Shown here: positions 25,295-40,450 of the stretch, piece by piece
Layout of the letters: each line of letters starts with the position of its first letter
Numbering within the stretch: position 1 is the stretch's first letter
Position numbers and translations under genes: made by a program
The notes under the pieces: model-generated
What the model saw: the letters and a program-made list of their open reading frames with translations, nothing else
Told to the model about the DNA's origin: nothing
Database searches by the model: none
Source: Bigelowiella natans CCMP2755
Taxonomy: Eukaryota; Protista; Cercozoa
NCBI GenBank assembly: GCA_000320545.1
Contig: ADNK01000976.1
Span: 1-64,000, forward strand
DNA: 64,000 nucleotides
Direction of reading: 5' to 3'

Positions 25295-26236
25295 TGAACT
25301 TGCCAACTTGTTTTGTCCCCCCAGCATGATCTGACACACTGCTACCAAAACTACAAGCAACTGAACTGCATCACAAATGCAAGCACACGCTTGGTGGTCA
25401 TGACCAACCACACTCATTGTCCAGGAGGAGCTCTTGTTCGACCGTGTTGCATCTCCAACACCCCCTGGCCCCTTTCCAGCTCTGGCCCTGCCACACTCCT
25501 GTGGCTAGCTGCTAGGCTGGTTCAGAGGTGTTGATGCGTTGATCCTAGAAGATGGATCCCGACGACGACCACCGTCATCTAGTCCATGCCATCGCGCAGG
25601 TCATCAGGTGACACGCACGGCTGTGGACGGTGGGTGTGCCTGCTCGCATGCATGCAAATTGCATCGCAGGCCTTCCAGCCTTCACTAGTTCACGCGCCCA
25701 TGGCATTCGTCTAGCCGCATCAACGCACAGGCCATCAGCTGTGCGCCCATGTGCCCTTTTCATTTGTCTTTGTTTGCATGTTGCACAGTTGTCATCATCA
25801 TCTTCATCGTCGATCATCAGTGTGCCAGAGCGTGCGCCAGACGAATCGAATGCGCACTAGCGCAGCGCATGCCAGCATGACATACCAGAGCATGCTGGGA
25901 TGGATTGTTCTGTGTGTGGTGCAAATGAATGCAATGCAATGTCTAGATTTGCGCGAGGCTTGCTAGCTTGTGCGTCGTCGAACTACCATTCAATCACGCA
26001 TCGATCGCAGTCAGCAGTGTTCAGCATCATGGCGGCATCATCCATGCTAGCATGTCAAAGATCTCACAATTGGCGCTGAGGCGAATCGCAGCAACGCTAC
26101 GGAAATTCACTTGCATGTGGATGGCATGCATGCATCACATTGTTGTGCAACACAAAACGAAGGCATTTGGCAAGTTGTCGTAGTGAAATACGCAAACATC
26201 CACTGGGTCTGCAGATCTCATGTTGATGAATTGTTG

Positions 26237-28619
<2,383 letters not shown>

Positions 28620-28924
28620 CTTCGATTAACACTTAGCTCTTACTTGCCCGTCACCATCTCCGAGATTCACGAGAGATGCAACATGCGATCCTCCCGCGAA
28701 AAACGGGGAAAATCCCCGTGAAGAAATATTTGGAGAAGAGCGGAGAGTTGCAGAGATTTTTTGGAGATTCTTAGCGAAATCTTCCACTCTTTCCTTCTCG
28801 GTGCTGCTGTTCCCTAACCCAATCATTCAACAAGAGGCTACGTAGGGAAGGAACGTAGGGAAGGAAAGAACGAACAACTCTCCCACTCAGATAACCTCGG
28901 GAGGAGGATGACCGCATCTTGATA

Positions 28925-29650
28925 ATGGAGTTGACTTCGGACTCACTGCACCACGTCATCACGAACGTGTCAGATCCTGCATTCACAGGAATAAAGACTT
29001 TAGGTGATGGATACCCCTGACCCGCGAGTTCTGACTGTTGATTGAGAGATGTGTGTATCAGTTCATGAAAACGACAGTCGCAACCACCAAGATTACATCT
29101 GGGTTGGAATAAGTTTTGTCGTGATATTCCTCGTGGGGATTGGAGCAGCGTTTTTGAAGTATTCTCGTTGCAAACGCCGGAAGAATACAGCGTAACGTTC
29201 AATAGCATATTAAATCTGACATCACAAACGATCTTGGATCTCTAATTCTCACTCGATCAGGAATCGTTATCATCAAAATTATAATACCTTCAATAATATG
29301 AAGAAAAACCTCGGTCCTGTAGATCTGAACACGGTAATATTGTTCCTTCATATAAATTTGCCGGAATGAATGACGTATTGTCGCAGGCTATGGAGAAAGG
29401 AGCGATTGCACCTTACACTATGCCATCCCCGTCTTCAATGAAAAAAGTTCAGAGCTGCCCAAATTTTGGGTTGAAGGTCTGAACCACATTCGCATGAAGA
29501 TATTAATATATCCCTGAAGTCGCAATTGTTGAACAGCCACCAACAGGAGAGAACGGACTTGCACATAGGCGATACAGTGGCTCGTATTTGAACATGATCC
29601 GACTTGACCCAATTACCGAAGATACAGATGCTGAGAGTTATGAGGCCTAG
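28925..29650 (+). CDS. Hypothetical small single-pass membrane protein (~165 aa)
   Basis: Five exons join in frame via GT-AG introns. TM segment YIWVGISFVVIFLVGIGAAFL is followed by basic KYSRCKRRK; ends DAESYEA-TAG. Confidence 0.6.
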
Positions 29651-30337
29651 CCCTTGGGATCGAAAGCCCAACAGCTAGCCAGCAATTTTCAGTGAAAGAG
29701 TTTCCATAATTCTGATTCTCGACTAGCGAATCAGGGCATTGGAACAACACCAAGACTTCGGCGTATTAGTAATCAAGAAATAACAACTTGAACTAAGTAC
29801 GTTAGTTTCTTTTTCTTTAGATACATATTAGCTTTACTAAACTTTAGGACATAAATGAAAATCGTATCTTAATCTGCGGGTGTATTTGTGAGGTTTTACG
29901 TCTCATATGTCAACCCCATTCGCAGTTTAGGTATTGATGTAGTCGTATGTAAATTATTTAGCATTTGAAGCACCATACAATTGTTAGTGCGATAAGATGC
30001 AACATCATGTGGTGTACGATATAGAAATGACATAGTGTTTATAAATTCTCGCAACGTAACGTCCAGCGTTGTTTCGAACAATTGAAGCCCGTAGCGTAGC
30101 GTTACGTTGAAGCAACTCAAATCGCAGCGTCACGTCTCTGCTTGCACTCTAAAGCTTTATTCTTTTACACGCCAATGCTATGTGAATGTACTTTGTAGCT
30201 TGTGGTCATCACGTACACACCGTACTTATTACTAGCTTAGCATAGCTAGCATAGGTGCGTTCGATCAGTCAGCGCAGCGTAGCAAATCTAGACATGTATA
30301 ATAAGCGCCCGTGATCGCAGCATGTATATATTGCTTA

Positions 30338-30401
30338 GCTACATTAGGGTGACCATTCAAAAAAATAATTTATATTCATTGCATCCCGTCTTATATAGTG
30401 C
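30338..30401 (-). repeat. Spacer element, copy E
   Basis: Reverse complement reads CACTATATAAGACGGGATGCAATGAA..TTGAATGGTCACCCTAATGTAGCT. Confidence 0.8.
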
Positions 30402-31191
30402 GATGTGCGATGAGACGACAGGCCCACGAGATGAGCGCGCGCGGCGCTACCTGCTGGCTACATGACGACACGATGTGCGTAATGCGTTTAGAACAACATA
30501 CGATGTGCATAGCGTAGCTCTAGCTACAGTCATTAGCGAATACTAAAACGCTACGTCTGCTGATTCGCAAGGCTCACTCTTGTCTATACTTCATTTATAT
30601 TGTATGCTGTGGTCGCTTTTGTTATGACCTACCTACCAAAAGGGACCGCGTCATACAGCATGCGCAAATATTGCAGTAGTGCACATCGCTTTTCTTTGGA
30701 AACAACAATTCTTCATCGGACGCACTGCCATACAGCTGGGACACTCGTAAGGCAGAAACTCTGAGAGCCCCAATTGGCTTGTACTTCCTAGTCTCGACTC
30801 ACTCCGTTTCATGACTTAATATTCCTCTCACAGCAAAGCTCACCGAGTGGTCGCAACTATGCTTGTTTACCTATGCCACTCGCGCTCCTCGAGGTAGTTC
30901 TACATGGTGCAGCTCTAGCCTCTGGGCGGTCTCTTCTGGATCTCTGCAGCGGTCTCCTGCGGCCGCAGCTATACGATCGATCAACGTATCAGGAGTGAGT
31001 GTTCTTTGATGCAACGTTTGTGCAACTTGCTTCTGTAAAGGTGAAAATCGTAAAACTGTATATAGCGGGATTGGTCCTCAAGCAATAAGAACGAAACCGC
31101 TGCATGCAACAACGGTGTGATGTCCTTCTTGTGCCGACGTGTGTCTGTCAACAATCGAACAGTTATATAGAGTAGAAAAATAACTGCTGCT

Positions 31192-34100
31192 TTAACTTTC
31201 ATCCTGTGAAAGGCCTAGCCCACTTAAACTGAAGCCTTCAATCTGGCTATGTATAGGTGTTTGGCCGTCTGTTTGCTGCGAGTGTAATTGAGAATGCATC
31301 ATGTTTTGCGTTTGGGTCAACTGTGTTTGCGTTAACGTTGGCTGACTGACAATAGACTGGCTCGCTTCATCAAGGGCCTTTGCGTCATAATCCCTAGCAT
31401 CCCTTCCAGTAGCCTGAGGCCTTCCCCTCCGAGTTTTCTTATCTTGTCTATGCTCTCGCCTGTGCGAACTGCTCATATTATCCATAGGGTTTATCAAGCC
31501 CGGATGAGCGTAGATGGCAGTGTTGCTTGTTCCATATGAGCCATTGTTCATGTCGTATGAGCCCTTCATGTCTAGACCATTCCCACCCATATGATACCCT
31601 GACTCAGCAGATGCCGCATGCATATTCACAAGATTTAGATTTTCGCGAAATTTACGACCATAGCCTTGCTCGTGCATCTGCCTGGAGAAGGCGTCATTGT
31701 TCTTTCGATCGTACTGGACGGATACCATCGGCATGCGCCTGTTGTAGTACTTTCGTGGGCGCTGAAACTTCATCATGCATTGTTTCAACGCAGATAGCGG
31801 TCCTTCAACAAGGCAGCCGTTATCCTTAAAATGGTTGAGGAGGTTATTCCACAGCATCTGCTGAGATAGCACTTTGGGATTACCAACAATCACCACCCCA
31901 TACTTCGCTCTCGTGAGAGCCACATTCAGGCGCCTTGGGTCATTTAAAAAACCGATTCCTTGTCGTTCATTCGAACGTACGCAGGATACTACAATGTAAT
32001 CCTTCTCACGGCCTTGGAATGCATCTACACTCGCGACCTCGACGCTTTCATACAATGATTTTCTGAGAGATCCATACATTGCAAAGTAATTGACGATGTA
32101 AGATCTCTGGCCCGCGTACGGGGTGATAACTCCAATCTGGTCTGGGTTGGCGCCCAATCTCAGGAATTCAGACACAACTCTTTCCACAAGTGTGGCTTCT
32201 GTGCGATTGAGAAACGACGTTCCGGATGCTGCGTATTCTTCCTGGCCTGTGGATCGATAGAACATCATCGGCCTGTTTGCTACTGGCCACTTGAAAGGGA
32301 AGTTCGGTCGCCTCCTCTCTTCGGCCGTGACACCGTTTTGCAGGGAGCCCTCGTAGAATGTGTTGGAAGGAAATTCGGACAAAGCAGGGTGCATTCGGTA
32401 TTGCACTTGGAGTCGAACTGGTCTAATATTGAGCAAGATCAAACGCTCAAACAAGGACCTTGACATACCAGCTTTGGCTGCTTTCTTGCACATTACGACT
32501 GGGCCGAGCTGGCAATGATCACCCACCATTATGACCTGTTTGGCGCCCTTGACAATGGGAATCAACCCCTCAGGCTCTGTTGCTTGAGTTGCTTCGTCGA
32601 TCAATACTTGCCGAAAACGAAAATTGATCAACCGTGGGTCCCCACTGCCAACACATGTAGTGCAAATAACGTCTGCATTTTGTAAGATTGCACGCTCCGC
32701 AGATCTTTTGAGTTTGCGAAATCTTTTTTCGTCTTTCGCTGACAGTTCTCCTGTTTGCTCCTTCAGCCGAAGCAGTTTGTAAAGCTCACTCTTTGATTGC
32801 TCCGCTAGTTGTCGGACTAGGCGGTGTAATGATAAAAACTCCACCGATGACCCCAATGCTTCACGGCTCTTTGCTACTAAACGAACAACCTTCAAGGAAG
32901 TCTGGTGGATCTTGGCGCACAATTGGTCCACCGCGACGTTACTAGGAGCGCACACCAGCACCTGACTTTGACTCTGCTGAACAAGATGATACACTATCGT
33001 TGCCGATGTGACGGTCTTTCCCGTTCCAGGCGGTCCTTGAATTAGACTTAAAGGCTTGGATAACACGCTCTTTACTGCTGCCACCTGCGAATGGTTCAAG
33101 TCGGGCAAACCCGGTGCCGAAATACGAGACGGCAGATTTGTGCGGACCACCTGCTCCTCGACCTTGTGGCCAAGCAAAACGTGGTAGATGTACCCTGTAA
33201 CGGAGAACTCATCCAAAGCAAACGTCTTCATCGCTAGCTGCATTCTGTCAAAGCTGACAGGCTTCCAGATAAAATCTACGGAGAAACCGTACTCCATGTC
33301 TGTGGGGGGAGGATTCTTGCTTCTCCTCAGCTCCAATCCTATCTCGCCGTTATCTATTTTCGTTACTATTCCTGTCGTCGACCATGGCCCTCTTGATGAG
33401 TTTCCAGGGTAGGAAAGTTTCAATTCGTCCCCGATCATAACTCTAAGATCACTATCGTCAGCGAGTTGAAGTTGAAAATAGGCGACATCCCTCTTATTTA
33501 AGCCTTCATGCCATCTTACAGTGATGTTCTCCTTAGTGTGCGACTCTTTGTTCTTCTTATCCTCGTCAGCCTCCAATTTCACTAAAGGCCCAAACACGTT
33601 TTGATAATGATATGCATCATCAAATTCGGTTGGTGCAGGCTCCGGTTCGTCATCGACTCCTGGCTTTTGCAAGTCCTCTAAGGTTGCATTGGGGTCTGTT
33701 TTCCAGCGCTCTTCCAATTTGACAATAGTTTGGGGGTTCATCGGACGACTCCGGATCTTTTCCCTCTCGGATGGTTCTTTCACCAGCCATCCCAGAAAAG
33801 ATCTGTTTTCGATAAGTGGAAGCCATTCTGACAAATCCCAGTCCTTGCCTTTCAGAGCCCCGCTGCTCAGACATGGAGACCTAAGCCAAAACTTTAGTGA
33901 GAAAGGCCATAGTATCAAAAGGAAAAAAATTACCTGCACAACAGAACCACAAGACTTTCTGATTTTGCTGGGATGAACCCTAAGAGAAATACGTTCCGAC
34001 AACCACAATTGTAGCACTCCAAGACGGAGTCCCCCACAGGGCTATCTTTATGCAATGAAACGTCTTTATGCTTCGCCCGAACCAAGTGGTTTACAATATG

Positions 34101-34606
34101 TGCACCGGAGGTGTTTCCTCGATGGTTACAAAACCATTTTTTGCAAATATTGCACCGAACTAGACAGGCAGGATTGTGGATACCGCAGTACCTGAATTTT
34201 AAATATTACTAAGGAAGATAAAGATTTGAGGAAGAAGAAAAACCACCTGCAATGCTCCTCTGGAAGTTTAGAGAAATCATATTCTCTGACCTCGTCGTCG
34301 TCATTCTCAGCTTTTGTTTCATTATCATTTTCCTCCTCAAGCCTAATTAATTTAGAAGTCAGAATTTTCCAAAAAGGAATAACATCAATCAAACCTCTCT
34401 AGAGGTTCGTCAAGATCTATGTTTTTATCAACGTCCTCTTCATCCGGATCCGGTTTTATCCCCTGCTCTTGAATGTCCTCTGGGATGTCATTCTTCACGG
34501 GGTTTTCGAATTCCTCTGGATTCTTGAATTCCAAGAATGTGAGATCGTCACTGAGGCCTAGCCCATCTATGTCCTGACTCAACTGAGTCATTGTTTGCTG
34601 CGACAT
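31192..34606 (-). CDS. UPF1: Regulator of nonsense transcripts 1 (SF1 RNA helicase)
   Basis: CH domain ([36 protein letters not shown]). Helicase motifs [51 protein letters not shown]. Three short introns in the 5' part. Confidence 0.98.
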
Positions 34607-35313
34607 TCTGCGAACGTATGGGTTGATGCGGGTAGCAGGGTCTTGTCTATCAAATGCGCATCACCTTTATCAACTACTCACACAGGGCGAAGTGCAAAGG
34701 AACGCAAGACTGGAATTTGCGGCTTCGTATGTCCATGCGCACAATACTTCAATCACGTCTATATGCTATGACGCTGGACGAAATTCCCATGCATTCCCGA
34801 AAGAATTAAAGAGCGACGAAAATCGGTGAACATCTGAATCCCGCCCGGGATTTCCATGCTCGTCCTCCTCGCTCATCATCTCCTCATAATTCAAAGCCGG
34901 TCCCTTCCAAGCGCTCTGTCTAGTCTCAAGGATGGCAGCGACAATGACGGAAATGAAGATAGGCTTGCAGGCTAGAAAATCAAACATTGTGTGAATGCAT
35001 AAATACAGAGGTGTAGCAAATTTTAAGCCGGCCTAGCGATGGTATATCCTGCATCAGCGGAGCTCCTGACCAAAGTCATGTCAAACTTTGATGAAAATGT
35101 ACTCGGGCCCTGCGCTTATGTTTTCTATATGATCTAGATGATGCAATCGAATAAAGTAGTGCCAGTGTAGCAGTACGTAGGCGCGCGCGTCTAGATGTAT
35201 CCTGCAGCAGCAGTCCGTCGATCTAGACGACGGTCGAGGAACTGTTGGCTACATCTAGCTAGCTAGGCATTTGCAAGAAGTCTCGCTGGTCACACTCCAT
35301 TAGGCAGTTTCTG

Positions 35314-35397
35314 TATAGCGAGAGGGATGTAATGAATCAATTACATTCTTTCAACAGTCATCCTAATTTGTAGTTGCGCAATGCTGCGGCTACAGCT
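35314..35397 (+). repeat. Spacer element, copy F
   Basis: GAGAGGGATGTAATGAATCAATT..TTCAACAGTCATCCT..GTAGTTGCGCAATGCTGCGGCTACAGC. Confidence 0.8.
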
Positions 35398-35709
35398 TCC
35401 ATATGTAGTTGAGGTACCGCGCAAGTATAATGCAGGCACGTTTGTTGTATAGACCCATCGTACAATTGATGCACGTTGAATGGCGGCTGCAGCTAGCTCC
35501 ATATCCAGACTAGCAGATCTATGTACACCATCGCCGCCGTCTTAGCGCCATCATTAGGCGTAGTCAGCGTTGAAAGTCTTAGTCTACCGCAAGCATCGCT
35601 CTCTGCGCCTACTAGCCTAGCTAGATCGAACGAGCTACATGGGCGCCGCCTACGTACTAGCAAATAGCAAGACAAGCAAGCTAGCAAGAGTCATGAGTTA
35701 TGATGCAGT

Positions 35710-35738
35710 CTAGCTAGCTAGCTAGCTAGCTAGCTAGC
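35710..35738. repeat. (CTAG)n tetranucleotide tandem repeat
   Basis: CTAGCTAGCTAG.., about 7 units. Confidence 0.9.
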
Positions 35739-36214
35739 AATCTAGCAATATATGCTAGAACTAGAGAATGCTAGAATGATGATCATTCTTTTTCAATTAG
35801 CTTAGTTAGTTATCATCCTAATATAACTATGCAAAGCGGCGGCTATAACGCTAAGATTATGTTTGTTTCTGCGATTATCTCGTTATGTCTAGATGTGCTC
35901 ATCCCTTTAAATGTGTATACGTACACATCTTCATGCATTCGCTGCGCCATAGTAGTCCTAGAGTTAAAGCCGCCATTTAAGACGTGTGCGGTCGATTTGA
36001 TGGATCGAACGACTAATATAGGCCGGACACACGTTTACACGATTTTGTGGAACATGTTAAATACGTAGACACAACACGTTAATATCTTTATACACAGTGC
36101 ATAGTATCTCTGCTGTCGATCTTTCAATAGTTTTCGCAACGAATATACATATGACGATATTATTTTAATTATTCTAGCTAGGCGAGTAGTGAGCGAATGT
36201 TCATTATTACTTTG

Positions 36215-37701
36215 TTAGACCGTTAATTGCATGGCACTCATCATCTTTTGGATCCATTCGTCCTCTTCCATGTTTTTAGATCCAGGGGCTGCAAATGCCT
36301 TTTCCAGCCTCCGTAACGACGATTTAGCCCTAAGTCCGCCCTTGGCCTTTGCCCATGCTTTTCCAAGCTGCCGCATGATTTCTGAGTGCGTTGCGTTGGT
36401 CGCGCACTTTGCCTTAAAGGCTCCAAAATTTGCTTTTACAAATTGGGAAAAGCCCGAGGCCTTCCGTGGTTTGGCACTGTCATATTTATGACAATTCTGA
36501 AGCTGCAACTCCGGATATTGCTCCTTTGCAAGGGTGGCCCATCGTTTAAAAGTGGAGCCATGCATCGGTTCCTTTCTGGCCAAATCCCCGCTTAGGAGAT
36601 ACGTCGCCACGTGGCATAACTCGTGCACAAGTGTAGATTTAAGCCTGTCGATGTGATTTAATAACTTCGACGATAACTCGATGCGGACACGCAAACCCAC
36701 TTCACCGGAACGCAGCACCTGTTAAAAAACATCGAAATTTGACTTCATTCTTAAGGTACAGTTGTTTGTTATAGAGCAACAAAAACGATAATTGCATATG
36801 AGTTAAATTATAACTTGTGAGCTACCTTTTCATAGCGTGTGATTCCCGCAGTAGAATGAAACCGAAAATTCCAGGTAATCTCTAGATCATTGGGAAGCTT
36901 ACCATTAAACACATTGGTATTTACTTCCTTATAAATTCTCCCTATATAAACGTCCCGGCGGCGATCGTATTCATCTCCAGTTCGCTGCAGTGGCGAATGA
37001 GGAGCTACGGCGTTGTCAAGCTTGCTCGTTCTCCTGATAGACGAACTTCTCTGTAATATGACGCTTCGTGGTCTCGGGCTCCTCGAATGCTGCCGTGGTA
37101 AACTGGGGTTTCTCTGGGAAAAGAGTACGCCTCTGGAAGGGCTTCTAGGCTGAGGCGTTGCTGGAATGGCGGATGATGCAAGAGAGGCTGGACTAACTAG
37201 TGGCGTGCGAGGCTCCGGACTGAGGATACGCGATCTCGAAGCAACACGTAGGCCAGGGTGTCTTAGTCGTGGTATTGAGGATACCCTGGATTCATCGTCA
37301 GCAGCCCCTTCCTCTTTCTCCCCACCAATCATGCGATTCTTATGCGATAATGGCGAATTATTGTTCGGATCTGCTCCACCTGTAGCTGAGAAGGATGTCC
37401 TCCTTCTCTGGTCGCGCGGTGTGAAGTCTTGTAAATGGTTAGAGACGTGGGAAGAGGGGTACCCACCACTTGCCATCGAATGATCTCTTTGTTTGCCCCA
37501 AAAGTTTCCCACTCCATTCGGAGATGATGTGCAAGCTCTCAGATTATGTTTTGCCGAAGAACTCGGGAGAGGATTGTAGTTTTCAGCATGCTTCACGAGG
37601 AAGAGAAGAAACGAAGGTAAAACGAAGAGCACCCTCATGGTGACAATGTTCTGCTTCCACACGGACCTCCTCATCCTCCTCGAACTATGAGGGAGTTTCA
37701 C
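36215..37701 (-). CDS. GCNA/ACRC-like SprT metalloprotease with disordered N-terminus and HMG-box-like C-terminus (5' end unresolved, may extend to ~38540)
   Basis: NTNVFNGKLP..ITWNFRFHSTAG, LKSTLVHELCHVA (HExxH), HGSTFKRWA, CHKY. HMG-like FSQFVKANF..HSEIMRQLGKAW. Intron ~36720-36825. Confidence 0.8.
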
Positions 37702-38678
37702 TCGTTTTCAAATCCTTTCTGCTAGGGATCCGTGATCCAATCGATCCTAGCAGACAGCCGGCGACATTACTTCTCTTCTCCTTCGAGTAGGTCGGGTGAC
37801 ACCATTGTGCACGTGGTGGGTTTATTTGTCGTTCTGTCCGTTGGGGATCTACACCGCTACTGCCGGAATGCCGGTGGCGCCAAATTATTTTTGGATAAAT
37901 TATTTTTGCCATTTTTTTTTCTGCTCATCTGGAAGCTGACAGAATCGTGTCGCCATCCTGAGATCGCCTTGGTTTTCACAATAGGCTGGAATCACCAAAT
38001 TTCCGCGTCCACATCCTTGGTCCTCGACCAGCTGCTTTCGCACCCGCTTCATACCGCTCTCTTATGGGTTCTACCTCATCCACGAGCCCAATCAAGGTTA
38101 TTTATTGTAGATAGTGTCTAAGATTTGTTGGCGAGGCTCGTATTCGTTGACAAGACTCTTCTACTGTGAAAACCAGTTGAGATGCTTCAAGCTAATTGGT
38201 TTGGAAGTGATCCGAAATTCCGTCATTCCTTCACCAAGGCCATCAGGATTTCTAAATATGTGATGTTCAGAAGCCGAGCGTTGTCCAAAAGAATCAAATC
38301 ATGAGTTCTTCTTCTACGGTATGTAAACCTTTGCATTGGCAGAGCAATGGAATCATCATCATCATCATCATTGCCGATCGTAGAGTTGTGTTATCAACTA
38401 ATCGAATGGACAGGTTAGCATAAAGCACCCCTTGGGAGTCAAGATTGATTACACTCCGAATAAGTAACAAAAATTTCTACTACGAGAACTGTACTTTCCC
38501 CAATTGATCGAATCTTGTTCATCGTGCAGGTCCGGCATTTATGTGTCTGGAGTGTACAGCGAACAAAGTGACTTAGAGCAAAAGGATATTATCACAAGCG
38601 GTGGGAGACACCTAGTTGGCCTAAAGCTGTGTATCTAAAATAGTCACTTTCTTAGTAAATGGACATGAACTCGGAAAT

Positions 38679-40145
38679 ATGAGCATGGAAAAGATGTACG
38701 AGAAGTTTGCTAAAATACTGAAGGACGCGCGGGAGGTCAAAAGTTTCTTTCGTGAAACAAGTGCGGTTTTAAGGCGAATTTTTGATCAGGCCAATCAAGA
38801 ATTTGTTACGTTTGAGGTTCACAAGGGAATTCAAGAATCTGCTAAGGTTCTCGTTTTTATGTCATTTTTATTTCGACTTACACTCGTTGTCTCAGCCAAA
38901 AGATGACGACAGTTCGAATTTTCTGAAGAAAGCTCTCCCTTTGCCACCGAAGGAGAAGATCCGAATGGTAAAGATTTGAAGATGTGTTGAATAATTAGAG
39001 GAATCTACATGGAAAATGCCTGACGATGATATGATTATGTAGGTGTTGTGGGATATGGACAACACTCTTCTTGGTAAACATACAAGAGGTGTGTGGTTTG
39101 CGGAGATTGGTGAGGAAATATGTAGCCTCGTCACGACCACATTTGTATCCCTGGTTCCGTCATTGATTGAGAAAGGGTTCCAGGTGAGCATTCCTTTGTG
39201 AATATTCTAAAATGACGCGTATGCATCACGCAGACTAGTTGATACTTCACTAAAATACAGGTAGGGGTTGTCACGTTTTCCGACGCAGAAGTTGCCAAAG
39301 TTTACAAAGAAGTGGTATGCTTTATATCTGAAAGCAAAAGTATCAATATGATAAATGATATCTTTATTAGGAGCATAAAGAAGGAAAAGGCGGGCCCGAT
39401 TTAGTGATACCCATAGTATCAGGTTTGCCATAAAACAAGAAACAAGACGGGGCACGGCGCCTTATCATTGAAAATGTCCTTTCTCTTCTGAAACTTTCTT
39501 TTTCGATTTGATGCTTTTTTCAGGGGCACTGACAATGAGGTATGAAAAAGAAGGCATGGATGTGAAGGAGGCCGCTAAAAAGGCAAAAAATTTGGTATGC
39601 TATATCTTCAACTCCTGAAAATCGGCGATAATGAGAACTAATTTTGGAGAAAATGCTTACAGGTAGATCAGATGTATATAGTTGGAGCCCTTCCAGATTA
39701 CAGAAATTCTACGGAAGCCCACGAAAAAGTGAAAATGCCTATGTCTAAGTATTGGCACATTGAGCAGGTGCATGCCAGAATTAATTTTTTGTAGTAGTTT
39801 CCGGAACTCATGTGAAATGATGACAGGTAAAGGATATGCACGTGAAGAGAACTAAGGAAGCTAGAATTAAGAACGATGAGATACTTTTCTTTGACGACAG
39901 TCCCCCTAATGTCAAAGCGGTACTACACACACTTTCGAAACCAACTTGAGTGTCACGCTGAGCCCACCGTTTTTGCAGGCTCGAAAGTCAGGTGTGCATG
40001 CCTTCTGGGTTAATCCAAGAGACGCATTCACAGAAAATGATTGGAGGCAGGTTGAAATGTTTATTCTGGTTGGAGTAAGTGAGTAGGACTAAATTGTTTC
40101 TGTTTTTTGGTCATGTTACAGGCTATGGAGAGTCTAGAAGATTAA
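38679..40145 (+). CDS. HAD-superfamily phosphatase-like protein
   Basis: Spliced: VLWDMDNTLL (motif I, DxDxT), VGVVTFSD (motif II), K in SKYWHI (motif III), ILFFDDSPPNV (motif IV). Stop TAA at 40143-40145. Confidence 0.8.
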
Positions 40146-40330
40146 ACACTTCATGGGCAGCTGCACAACTGGTTATGCTGAGTTACTTTAGTTTAATTCT
40201 ATAACATGTTCGATATCTCAGTTTCTTGTAGTACTCACGAGCATCAATGTATGCATCCCACCATGTTTGGGGTTGTGGATATTCGCTGTCCTTAGTACGG
40301 ATGAAAGCCTAACATTATACGCGCTGCAAT

Positions 40331-40450
40331 TGCACTACTATATATGAGACGGATGTAATGAAGAATTAAATTTTTTCAATGGTCATCCTGATGTAGCTGT
40401 GCAATGCAGCGGCTACAGCGCTAATGTTACATCTGTTGGTGCACTACTAT
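40331..40450 (+). repeat. Spacer element, copy G
   Basis: TATATGAGACGGATGTAATGAA..TTCAATGGTCATCCTGATGTAGCTGTGCAATGCAGCGGCTACAGCGCTAATGTT..ATCTGTTGGT. Confidence 0.9.

Noticed and set aside
33880-34017. Hydrophobic N-terminus of the 941-aa UPF1 ORF as a TM domain
   Set aside because: It is intron read-through plus a different frame; splicing restores the CH domain.
35060-35140. C/D snoRNA or SECIS element near TGATGA at ~35088
   Set aside because: No downstream D box or terminal stem, and no in-frame Sec ORF I could support.
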